DNA of 62,962 nucleotides, filler included, from Saprolegnia diclina VS20 (Eukaryota), in assembly GCF_000281045.1 (NCBI RefSeq). It is 5 parts of 5 records of this genome, joined end to end, with 100 filler letters (N's around TTAATTAATTAA, not from the genome) between each part and the next. Parts side by side here need not be neighbours in the genome. Positions count along the whole stretch, not along the records: positions 28,676 to 50,109 come from NW_008246220.1; 4 more parts are not named here. One strand, written 5' to 3'. The first letter of the stretch is position 1. Every line of letters begins with the position of its first letter. The notes beneath the pieces were generated by a model that worked only from the letters and a program-made list of their open reading frames with translations, was not told the DNA's origin and ran no database searches. The translations under genes and the position numbers were made by a program. Below are positions 36,755 through 47,110 of the stretch, one piece after another.

Positions 36755-38301
36755 TCAGGCATCGTCCATACAAAGCACAAGACAGGCTATCGGGGACCCG
36801 ACCGCAAAGGTGACCGCAAGAAGAAAAACCCCAAGGGGAAAATCCTCGTCGGAAAACGCTGATTGGATCGTGCGCGCCACCTCGAGCGACCATTGGACAC
36901 GCTGGGCGAGGCGGTGCTGCGTCGCATTCGTAGCAAAGGCTGCGGCACCTTCGCCGATAAGGCATGCTTGGTCCAAGTCGCCGCGCTCCCCCAGCGAAAG
37001 GTGGCGGCGCGAGCGAGGAGTCACGTGCGTCGGCAGCGCTTCGAGCAGTCGGTGGTAGCGGTCGCCCCACAGCACTCGGTGGTCGCGCCGGCTCTTATAC
37101 GGGTCGATGATATCCCGGCCGTTAATGTAGAGCAGCGATGCGTTCGAAGAATTGGGGTTGTAGTGCGCGAGACTGCCACACAGCGTGTCGTTGTGCCGCG
37201 TCAAGTCGTTGGCGAGGTTGACGACGCTGCACGCCCACGGTGAGAAGGCATACGGTTGCCCCACGAGCTCGTAAGCGAGCCAGAAAGCCTCCTTGTCGCC
37301 CCTAAATGCCAAGGTGGAGATTCCAAGCATTTGTACTTCAGCACGCACCAGGAAAAGCCGGGATCGACAAAGCGGGTGCTTGTAATAAGAACAAAGAGCG
37401 CGCGGAGGACGTTGGGGCCAGCGCGGACCTTGTCAATGAGCACAACGGACGAGTCTTGCTCGTGGGCCGAGTGCCCGCGCCACACCATCGACGCTTGCAG
37501 CTGCGGTGACGGTGCGTGTGGGTGCGGAAAGCCGAGCTCTTTTAGCGGAAAAACCTGCGCAAAGAGCTGCTTGATGTACGTCACGTTGGTCTCGGCGCCG
37601 TCCGAAGCGTACATGGTCACGGCGGTGTTGAGAAACATGCTGGCGTTGACCACGCGGTCGTAGAAGAAGAGCGTGCCCGTCTCAGTGTAGCTCAGTGACG
37701 CCCACAGCGTCGATGGATTCTCAAAGAAAATGTCGTCGGCGTCCAATAGCATCACTTGGTCAAACGACGAGAAGAGAAGCGCAAGCGGCTTGAGCCAAAA
37801 GCTCTGGAATTCACGGACCGAGGTCGACGGTGGAAAGAGCGGCGTAGAAAGGAGCAACGAGCACACGTCGATGATCTCAACGAGCGGGTCGGAGGCCAAG
37901 AGGTCGCGTGAGACGGTTGCGAGCTCCTCCGGGAGACAGTGGTAGACCTGGACGGGATCATAGTTGCCGAGCGCGCGGAGCTCCTGGAGCAGCGACGCAC
38001 CCATGGGTACGTTATGGTTGTGGAGGCAGAGCACGATACCGCGGTCAGCTCCCGGGAACTTGGGCGTATACGCTGTCGTGACGTTGAAGACCGTGTCAAA
38101 GACGATGCTGGTGTTCCGGGTGCGGGGCGGGCGAGGCGTCAACGCCGCCGCCGGCACCGTGTAGCGCGGCGGCAGCGTACTTGGCGGCGCGCTTGGTGCG
38201 AGGCTCTCGGAAATGGCTAAGTAGTTGCACACGAGGCCGACGAGGCCCACGGCGACGACGACGACGAAGACCTGCCACGTCGCGCAGCCAGAGCACATCA
38301 T
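36755..38301 (-). CDS. GT71-family alpha-mannosyltransferase, paralog B (convergent with A)
   Basis: Same motifs as paralog A, with an intron at the same FSW/GDKE position. Confidence 0.88.
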
Positions 38302-38551
38302 CGACACTGGAAAGGCCAGCCTCGCGCTGATTGGCCGGTGGGCATGATTTTCATGCCATTTCAACCAATCCAACAGATGGTGCAAAGATGATGCTTGATG
38401 GCGCCAGCGTCCAAGCCGAGTTGCGGCGCAGCGCTCGTCGATGATGCTCGCATCAGGCACGTATCTTGACGAGACGACAAACGTAGATGGACAAGATGTG
38501 AAGAATCAAAACGGCAACAATGGTATTACAGAGATAGAACAGTCGGCGGCT

Positions 38552-40045
38552 CTACTTTTGGAGGTAGTTGGCGACGGCGGCCTCGACTTGCTGGTGGGCC
38601 CAGACCATGTGGCCCGAGTCCGTGGCCTTCGCCGCGCTCATGTCGGCGCAGTGCGACGTGCCTTCGATGAAGACGACCTTGGACTTGGGGTTCTTGAGCT
38701 GCGTCGAGTTGGAGGGCGCGAGGGCCGACCACGGGTCGATGGTGCCGCTGGGGAAGATGACGTTCTCGACATCGATGTCGAGGCCGTGGAAGGTCGCCTT
38801 CTTGGCCGCGATGCGCGCGTCCGTGTCGGTGATGCCGTACACTTCCTTGCACATGTGGTAGTAGACACGGTCGACGTCGACATACTCGAGCGCCGAGAAG
38901 GGCCCCTTGGACTTCTTGGCCGTCTGGCCAAAGCCGAACTCATTGCACGTCTGGAAGATCCACTGGCGCATGATGCCGGCGGTGTCCATGGCCGGGTCCG
39001 AGAGCGAGTCGATCCAGTCGGCCTGGTACGACGTGCTCGTGCAGTTGCTCGCAGGCGTGAAGCTGCGGGCGTTGATCTTGGCGACCTTCTCGAGCGGGCT
39101 CAACCCGTCCTTGGCCGTCAAATCGGCGCACGCGTGCTTGAGGCCATACGCCGCATAGTCGTTGGACTGGGCAAAGTTCTGGTACGCGCCCATGATGTTG
39201 GACTCAATGTCCATGCGGTCGAGGTCCGACGTGAACGGCGTGCACGGGTTGAAGAGCTTCTTGAGCGTCGCAACGTCGTCCGGCTTGTCGCTCGCGACGA
39301 TCTTGTGGAACTGCTTGAGGCCTTCCGCGAGCGTGCTGACGCACTCGTCACCACCATAGTACTGGAGGCCGGTGCTGACAACGCTCATGTACTCGTGGTA
39401 GTCGGCGTGGATCTCGATCGGGCCCGAGCTCGCCACGGCGCCCGCAAAGCGCGTCGGGAACGAAAACTTGGTCCAAGCCGCGAGCATACCGGGGTAGCTG
39501 CCGCCGAAGGCGACCCACGGCGACGACGCCGAGAGGTTGCGGTTGGCGACAAAGAAGTCCTGGAACGTCGCAATGTCGGCAAGCGCGTTGTCGGCCGTGA
39601 GGTAGGCGAGGTTCTTGGTGCTGAGGTCGGCCGTCGGCTGCGACTTGCCGTAGAAGCGGTGCTCGAGCGACACGATGAGAGCCTTGTGCTTCTTGGCGAG
39701 TACGTTCATGAAGAGGCCCTTGCTCGCAACGGTCGTGTTGCGCGCCACGTTCTCGCCGTTGATGTAGAGGAAGACGGGCGAGCCGGGGCCGCCGTAGAAC
39801 TCGTCGTTGGCAAAAAAGCGCTGCTTCCAGTGCGTCGCATCGCCGCCGCAGTTGCCGTGGCCGTGGTCGAGGAGCTGCTGCTCGAACCACTCTTCCTTGA
39901 TGAGCTGCGCGGCCTCGAGCGACGACCCGCCTTGAGCCTCAAACTGCTCCACGACGTCCGTGTGGTGGAACAAGAACGGCTTGGCATCGGCCGAGAAGAA
40001 CGACGCGGCGACGACCGCCAACGAGGCAAGAGCGATGCGAACCAT
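38552..40045 (-). CDS. Secreted serine peptidase family S28, paralog 1
   Basis: Signal peptide, LEHRFYGKS, nucleophile GGSYPG, DPW and SHC. Confidence 0.93.
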   Translation of the reverse strand: MVRIALASLAVVAASFFSADAKPFLFHHTDVVEQFEAQGGSSLEAAQLIKEEWFEQQLLDHGHGNCGGDATHWKQRFFANDEFYGGPGSPVFLYINGENVARNTTVASKGLFMNVLAKKHKALIVSLEHRFYGKSQPTADLSTKNLAYLTADNALADIATFQDFFVANRNLSASSPWVAFGGSYPGMLAAWTKFSFPTRFAGAVASSGPIEIHADYHEYMSVVSTGLQYYGGDECVSTLAEGLKQFHKIVASDKPDDVATLKKLFNPCTPFTSDLDRMDIESNIMGAYQNFAQSNDYAAYGLKHACADLTAKDGLSPLEKVAKINARSFTPASNCTSTSYQADWIDSLSDPAMDTAGIMRQWIFQTCNEFGFGQTAKKSKGPFSALEYVDVDRVYYHMCKEVYGITDTDARIAAKKATFHGLDIDVENVIFPSGTIDPWSALAPSNSTQLKNPKSKVVFIEGTSHCADMSAAKATDSGHMVWAHQQVEAAVANYLQK

Positions 40046-41066
40046 GGCGAGCAAATTCAAAAGTGAGGATAGCGCTGCACGCCACCGCGTCCTGTAATCA
40101 GATCGGCCTCAAGCACATGTTGGAGAGACTGGGTGCGGGACGAACGAGAGCCATCGGCGGAGAGAATGCAGCGGAGCAATCGGTGCGAGCCTCATCGCGG
40201 CTGGATCAGATGCAGTGACCCGACGAACAACCATTACGGACGTGGAAGGGACCAAACTGCGCCGTCTGAGAAAGGGTAAACTCAGATTGGGCTGCCATGA
40301 GTTGGGTCAAAATGGGTCTGCGTACAAAGTGGATGCGCCGGACTGACTGTTTGCCGAGTGCGAGTCCACTCGCACTGTACGTGCTAGATAGGAACAAGGG
40401 TCATTAACCCTTGATACGAGCTGGCACCCTAGACGCAGCGTCAATCGCAAGCTCGGAAACATGAATTTTTGGAAATTCTTCCATGAAAATTGGATTTGGT
40501 ATGGTGTGGACCAATTGGACGCCAAGTCTTGGCAATCGAGCGCAACATTCACCCTCCGCATCGGGACTGTCAAGCACCAAGTCTCCTATAGCACCTCGCG
40601 CTTGGTGACCTACGTTGCGGGCTTCTGTTCTAGGTACTCGTCGTCCAAGCCTACACGTATGACGACCAGCAAGGCGACCCAATGGGTGTCAACCGAGTGC
40701 AGTGGTACGGCTACGCACTCTAAAGGACGACGAAGTGAGCAGGCACCGGCGGAATCGACTTTACGCGTCATCTTGCTACTACGATTGAACGCCGTTCTGA
40801 TATCGATGGACCCAGAAGCTGCAGTGCCCCAAGTCGGCCGTCGTTGAAGCGCTACTCTTGCGATTGGCGTCACAGAAAAGGCGCTATAAAATCTGTAGTT
40901 GAAGATCGTATTGGAGCGTACCCTCCACTTTAGCATTCGACCAGCGATCCATAGTAACCTCTCTCAGAGGACATCCTTCCGGCGCTTGCGACCGCTGTCC
41001 ATCGACAGGATGCACTTGCACTCTGCAAAACAAAAATCGCCACATTAACATATTCTACCATTACGT

Positions 41067-42156
41067 CTACGATTCGGTCTTCTCGGCCTCTGGCAGAGGC
41101 GTCTCGTCCGTGACCTTTTTGCTCGTGACGTTGATGAGGATGAAACCAGCAATGACGAAGGCCGACGCGACGCACGTGACGGCCGTCGGCGAGATCGAGT
41201 GGCGGACGTAGTCCGAGACGATCGCGAGCGGCACCGTGAGCGAGAGACCGATCGTGGCCACCGTCGGCGTCGTGAAGAGCATCGAGAGGGCCCAGAGGTA
41301 GTCGGCAAGCACGTTGTTGAAGAGGCTGTTGACTGTGATGAGGCCGACGATCTTGCCCGTAAGGTCGCTGAGGCTCTCGACGTCCGTGTAGTGGAACGCG
41401 AGGACGAACGGGAGGAGACCGACCGCGTTGACAACACCAAGGAGCCCAAAGAAGAGGCAGATGCTCACCTTCGTCTCGTCCGGGATCTTGTAGCGGATCG
41501 CCGTCGTGTAGACGCCGTACATGATGGCGCCGACAAGCGCGAGGATGTCGCCCCAGACGCTTTCGCTGCCGCTGCTCGAGTCGTTGAAGACGGTGCACGA
41601 GTTGCCGATCATACAGAGCGCGACGCCGGCGAGCTTGGGCCACGTAAACTTCTCGCCAAGAAAGTAGATGCTGAGGGCAAACGTAAACATGGCCGAGGTC
41701 GAGCTAATGATCGTGCTGCTCGTGACACTAAGCGCAAAGAGAACTGGTGAGGTATATATGAGGAGTCTTGGGGAGGCACCTCGTCAGGCTGAGACTGATG
41801 GTGTACGTGTAGTTGGCGATGAACCAGAGCGGCGCGATGATGGCGCTGATGACGAGCGTCTCGCGAAAGTTGGCTTGGTGCGCGCTGGGCTTGACGTAGC
41901 CGAGCGCCTTGCCAATGTAGTAGAGCGGGAGGTTGACGGCGAAGAGCGAGTTGGCGTAGTACGTCAAGAAGAAGGGCCGGCTGAAGTCGAGGTCTTTGAA
42001 GACGTACTGGATGAGCACACTCGAGAACGTCCAGATGATGGCCACGATCACGACGCAGATGACGCCGATGATCCATCGGGCGCGCGACGGCGTCGGGGCC
42101 GGCGGCGGCAGCAGCGCTTCGGCTTGGCTTTCGAGCGAGGCGGGTGCGTCGACCAT
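41067..42156 (-). CDS. DMT/EamA-family transporter (SLC35F5/THI74-like)
   Basis: PFFLTY, LWFIANYTY, DYLWA and TIGLSLTVPLA. One intron at about 41730-41779. Confidence 0.85.
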
Positions 42157-42897
42157 GAGCGATATTGATAAGTGGCTCGGAGGCGCCAACGTCACAGCCG
42201 TGCCCATTTGAAGCGAGTCGCCCTCGTATGGGCGGGGCGACATGGAATAAGATCTTCGTTTTCCTATGGGGTGATCCAAGAACGCGTCGCTTCGCCGGCT
42301 GTGTATCCGCCGCACCCAGCGAACGTAGTACCTTGACCAACGAGGACGTAGAGCCGCTCCCCAGACGCGTGACAAGCAATGCAGCAGCCTACCACAGCGC
42401 GCCGTCGCCCACTTGTAACTCGCTGCCGGCCAAATGTCCCGTCAAGAGCGCACTGATGTGAACGCCGTATTTTGATTGGCCAATGCAAATCGTCGCGACG
42501 TTTTACGCGCCTCTGATTGGTGCATTTCTATCTTCCTCACGAAGGACTGCACGCTTCCTCGTATGCGACCCACTCTCGATGCTGCGTGGCACTTGACGTG
42601 GCAGCCCGAGAGCGCTGCATTTCATGGTTTGAGCTTGAAGCAATGGACTCTACCGTGCTGGTTAGTAGGCAGAAAGGTGCGATTGGAAGGTTCAACGGTT
42701 CAACAAACACCATTCCGCAGCCTTTCGTTGCGATGAATCCAGCACCATCCAACGATATGGAGTTCCCCCGCCACATACACTAGCATTCGCTCGTGTGGGC
42801 GAAGGAGAGGCTGTTCTCGGCGGTGTTTGGCCAGCTCACGGGCGCTTTATCCGTGTCAGGACGCGCCGTGTAGGAGGGAGAATAGGATCTTATTGCT

Positions 42898-43074
42898 NNN
42901 NNNNNNNNNNNNNNNNNNNNNNNNNNNNNNNNNNNNNNNNNNNNNNNNNNNNNNNNNNNNNNNNNNNNNNNNNNNNNNNNNNNNNNNNNNNNNNNNNACG
43001 AGTTGTTGGCGCGTGCCGCTCTTGTGTGCTCCGCATAGGCACGCACGTGCGTGCTTATGCACTCGGGCCTTACA
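42898..43074 (-). repeat. 3' LTR of Gypsy element (partly in gap)
   Basis: The 77 visible bp are identical to 46749-46825. Confidence 0.88.
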
Positions 43075-44794
43075 TCCTCCCGCCGTTAGAGCGAGCTTCC
43101 GTCGCGGCTTGTTTGAGCTCCTTGATCGCGTGCATCCGGCGCTGGAAGTGTCTCACGGGCTTGACGTTCTCGTTCTTCTTCCGCGAGGTCTTGTGATCTG
43201 GTAAGCTGTGCCACTTGACCGCGTACTCGGGCATCTTGTTGACTTGGCATCTTCTGAGCAGCGCTTCGACGGTGTGCCGCTCGTCCGCCCCGTCCAAGGT
43301 GCCGGCTGATGCCTTGAGGATCTGACGCGCCGCGAACCGTGCCGGGTTCTCTTCGTCTTGCTTGAGGTGGTCGACGCTGAGCCAGTTGTGCCAGGCCTTC
43401 CTGCTGGCCGGCATGTCGAGGTGCGCCGTGTTGTCCTTGATCGTGTCCTTGATCGAGAACGGCACCATGTAGCGTGGTACCCGCTTCGGCTTCTTCTTGC
43501 GATCCACCCGTTGGGCCAGCTTGAGCGAGCTGACCCGCTTCACAGGCAGGACCCATTCACCCACCGCAAACGTGATGGCCGACCGCTCGGGGTCGTAATC
43601 CTTCCTCGGGCGTGCCTGGCCTGCCTCCAAGCTGTACTTGGTCTGCTTCGACTGCTTGTCGACGACCGTCACGATGGCGTCGTACCCACCCGACACCGGC
43701 AAGCCTGTACTGCCGCCGATCGACACCGTGTGCCAGCCCTTGGCTGGCGCCTCGATGGGTATCATGGTGCCGTTGGCTTGTTTCGTGGTGGACTTGATTC
43801 GGCAGCACGTCTCGCGCGTGGCCACGTACAACTCGGCGTCGGCCTTGAAATTGCGCCAGTAGTACCACGGCCAGTCCGTACCCCGCGAGCCCGGATGCGC
43901 CGCGCCCGGGGCGTCATGAGCGTGCGCAACGACAAACACCCGCGGCTCGTCGGACGCCGGTGCGCATTCCCGCCCGATCTGGTTGACCACCCGCACGCAC
44001 ACCAGACCTTTGTAGCGGCTGAGCGTGGTCTCGTCCTGGTACTCCTTGTCCGTCTTGTACGCCTTCCCGCGCTGTGCGCAGAGCTGCGGACTCTTCGACA
44101 GCGCCCCGCACTGGACTTTCTTCGCATGCTTGACCGTGACTTGATGCGGCACTGGCACCGAGGTCGGAGCTGGTGACCCGGGCGGCGCCACAACGAGGCG
44201 TCCATCGAGCTTGGTTGTCGCCCACGCCCGACTGCCGGCTGGCCGATCAAAAGCCTCGCGCGCCTCGAAGACCTGTGCGCACGCCGCCGTGTAGACGTCG
44301 AATCGCTGACCGTACCAATAATGACGCCGCGTTTTTAAGGCCATCTTGATCACCAACCGCTCCTTCTCTTGCGCCGGCCCGCAGCCTTCTTGCACGCTGA
44401 ACTTCTTCGAGAGGTACGCCACGGCGCGGTCGTCGCCCACCGCGGCAAACGGCGACAGCACTGCGTCGCAGCAGTATCCTGACACCTCCGTGGGCACCAC
44501 AAACGGACAGCGCGGGTCGGGCGGATGAAGGACCCTGGCCTGCGGCAAGGCCCCCTCGATGCTCTTCAACGCCACCGTGTGTTCTTGCATCCCGACCCGC
44601 CTCGCCTCGGATTTCACCAGCTTCGTCGTCTCGGGCTCGGGCCCCTTCTCCATCGCGGCAATCTTGTGGTCGTCCTCCTTTTTGGGCACGCCGAACGTCT
44701 TGGACGTCTCCTCGCTGATCGAGAGCTGGATCGCGCCGTTTGCTAAAGGGCGCTCGACAAACTCATCGACCACTTCGTGCTCGACCCCGGCCAT
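43070..44794 (-). pseudogene. Degenerate but open pol relic (RT N-terminus, RNase H, IN zinc finger, GPY/F and chromodomain remnants; RT and IN cores missing)
   Basis: TFGVPKK, PFVVPTEVSGY, EKERLVIKMALKTRRHYWYG, HDAPGAAHPG...RETC, RYMVPFSI and EYAVKW are present. No YxDD and no D,D35E. Confidence 0.8.
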
Positions 44795-46439
44795 GGGTCT
44801 GCCGGCCGTCGCGCCGCCTCTTCATCGCCAATTCGACTTTTCGACTGGAAGGGAGCTCGGCCGGCCCGACGTCCGCCGCCTCGGCGACGACTGGTGCTAG
44901 TACGGCTGGTCTCTGCGCGGACGTCGGCACCACCGAGAGCTTGAGCACGTGCACCGCCGCCATCCCTTCCGGCGTCTGCGAAGCCCGCGGCTTCTCGGGC
45001 CGCGGGCACACCGAGAGAAGCCGATGGGTGCGCCAGTCGAGGACTGGGTTGTATTCGTAGAACCATGGCTTGCCCAAGATCACGTCAAAGTCCTTGTCGC
45101 CCCAGGCCCACGTCGAGAAGACCGCCGGGAAGCTGCCCAGCGCCGAGTCGTCAAACTCGATGGTGCCCTTGCAGTCCTGGACCTCCGTGGGCTCGCGCGC
45201 GTAGCCATCAAAGCCGACCATGTTGACGCGCTTGGTGCGGATCACCTCCGCCGTCACCAACTCGGGCCGGATCAAGTTGTCGGTCGCACCCGAGTCGATA
45301 AGGATGCGCACTGCCTTGCCGTCGAGCGTACCGCGCTTGATGACTAATCGGTTCGCCGGCGCCGCTACCGTCTCGGCCCGACGGGCCATGTTGAGGCTAT
45401 ACACCGTGATCTCCTCGTCCTCGTCGCTGAATGCCGGATCAACTTGTAAATAGGCTTGTGTGCGTCGACCCTCGCGGCCACCGCTGGGCCCCACTTGGCC
45501 ATCTTCTGTGCGTCGCGGCGCACGACAATCGCGCGAAAGGTGGCCCGTGTCGTTGCAGTTGTAACACCGGCGGCGCTCCGGCCGGTTGCCACCGCGCGCG
45601 TTGGCGTAATCAACCTCCATGTCGTACGGGTCCCGCTGCGGAACCGTCGGCATTGGCACGACCGGCGGCAATGCGACCTGCGGAACCGGCGGTAGCAGCG
45701 ACCGGTCGTGTCCGAGCGAGATACTGTGCGCGCGTTCAAACTCGAGCGCGCCTTGAATGGCGGCCGTCGTGGAGCCCGGTCGGCGGTACTGCACGGCCTC
45801 GCGTGTCCGTACGTCGAGCCCGCGCACAAAGTGTGTGATCCTGTCGAGCTCCGACATGTCCGTGACTTGGCTGACGATCCCGCGGTACATGCTAATGTAA
45901 GCGAGTAGCCCACCGCAGGACGTCTGTGTGTTGGTGTAGAGCTGGTCGCGGAGCCGTTCTTGAAGATCCGGCGGCTCAAACTCGGCGCGGAGAGCCAGCT
46001 CAAACTCGCGCAGCGTCGTCGGCACCGAGCCCGTCGACGCCAGTTCGAGAAGCCACGTCGCGGCATTGCCTTGCAAGTTGGCGTGCATCATCGCCAAGCA
46101 CCGCGTCTCTGTCTCCGCGTCAAGTGTCGGCGTAATGTTCTTGGCGTGGAAGAACATGTTGACGCGGTGTATATACAAGCTTACGCTCTCGTCCAGCTCG
46201 CCGCGGTACTCTGGCATGCGCAGTCCTTCTACGCGCATCGGTGCCGGTATGGCCGCTCGGGCCGCCGCCGTCTCCACCGCCGTGCACGATGCTTCCGCGT
46301 TGGCGAGTTGCTGGGTAATCGCGGCTTGGGCCGTCGCGTGCTCTGCTTGAGCCGTTGCCAGCGCATTGATGGCTTGTTGTTGCTGGTTCATGGCCTGGGT
46401 CAGCTGGGTCAGCAGGTGCTGTAAATCGGCAGCAGCCAT
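44763..46439 (-). CDS. Retrotransposon Gag (capsid, CCHC knuckle) plus aspartic protease
   Basis: LQGNAATW, FVRGL, CYNCNDTGHLSRDC, LIDSGAT and FDVILGKPW...NPVLDW. Confidence 0.92.
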   Translation of the reverse strand: MAAADLQHLLTQLTQAMNQQQQAINALATAQAEHATAQAAITQQLANAEASCTAVETAAARAAIPAPMRVEGLRMPEYRGELDESVSLYIHRVNMFFHAKNITPTLDAETETRCLAMMHANLQGNAATWLLELASTGSVPTTLREFELALRAEFEPPDLQERLRDQLYTNTQTSCGGLLAYISMYRGIVSQVTDMSELDRITHFVRGLDVRTREAVQYRRPGSTTAAIQGALEFERAHSISLGHDRSLLPPVPQVALPPVVPMPTVPQRDPYDMEVDYANARGGNRPERRRCYNCNDTGHLSRDCRAPRRTEDGQVGPSGGREGRRTQAYLQVDPAFSDEDEEITVYSLNMARRAETVAAPANRLVIKRGTLDGKAVRILIDSGATDNLIRPELVTAEVIRTKRVNMVGFDGYAREPTEVQDCKGTIEFDDSALGSFPAVFSTWAWGDKDFDVILGKPWFYEYNPVLDWRTHRLLSVCPRPEKPRASQTPEGMAAVHVLKLSVVPTSAQRPAVLAPVVAEAADVGPAELPSSRKVELAMKRRRDGRQTHGRGRARSGR

Positions 46440-46656
46440 CCTGGAGGAGATCAAACGCGCGCCGCGTTAACCGGTGATCTCTTCCCGATATGCGAGATAA
46501 ACCGTCTACAAGCTGTAGGTCCCGTAGACCTCCGGCGCTCGTGGATCGATACTGAGGGAAAGGGGAGAGGAGCCCTTGCGAGACGACACCGGCACACCCG
46601 ACGCGTACCTGTCTTGCCACTCCTTCCGCTTCCGTCACAAACCAGGTGCTACCAAA

Positions 46657-46825
46657 TGTAGAGCCCTGCTTGTGGTGAGGTAAATTTCGATACATTCTTC
46701 TTCTTTACACTCGCGACCTCTAGCTATCAATATTCACATATACAGGTCACGAGTTGTTGGCGCGTGCCGCTCTTGTGTGCTCCGCATAGGCACGCACGTG
46801 CGTGCTTATGCACTCGGGCCTTACA
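46657..46825 (-). repeat. 5' LTR of Gypsy element
   Basis: TGTAAGG...CTCTACA termini, adjacent PBS and flanking TSD. Confidence 0.9.
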
Positions 46826-47110
46826 TTGCTCCACCCGATGACGTGTCGCTCGCACTTGTCGTTCGTTGTGATAATACCTCGCACGGCGCATTCGTGTCGA
46901 AACCTGCTCGAGAACAACTGCGGTGTACCGGACATCGAACCCCACAGCAAAGGCTTCTGGCTTAGTGAACGACCATCAGCAAGTTGTGGGAATATGGCAA
47001 ACAATATGACAATTCACACGATCAATAAGATTCCAATGTCAAAATGATACTAGTACATGTAGAGTGCATAATTTCTTATCGCTCGAATCTTAGCGGTAAA
47101 ACATTGGTCG

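Larger units (their letters stand above)
42898..46825 (-). mobile_element. Non-autonomous Ty3/Gypsy (chromovirus-type) LTR retrotransposon, about 3.9 kb
   Basis: 169-bp 5' LTR 46657-46825 (TG...CA). The visible part of the 3' LTR (42998-43074) is identical. TTGCT at both 42893-42897 and 46826-46830 (TSD), PBS TGGTAGCA 2 nt inside the 5' LTR, and PPT GGCGGGAGGA at 43075-43084. Confidence 0.93.

Noticed and set aside
40355..40415. Small hairpin followed by CTAG (Helitron 3' end?) and TTAACCCT (piggyBac end?)
   Set aside because: CTAG is followed by A rather than T, and no matching opposite terminus was found in the window.
44763..44830. Programmed ribosomal frameshift between Gypsy ORF1 and ORF2
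   Set aside because: No slippery heptamer was seen, the shift falls inside the RT N-terminal homology, and ORF2 is open only 9 codons upstream of its ATG. It is more likely an indel.
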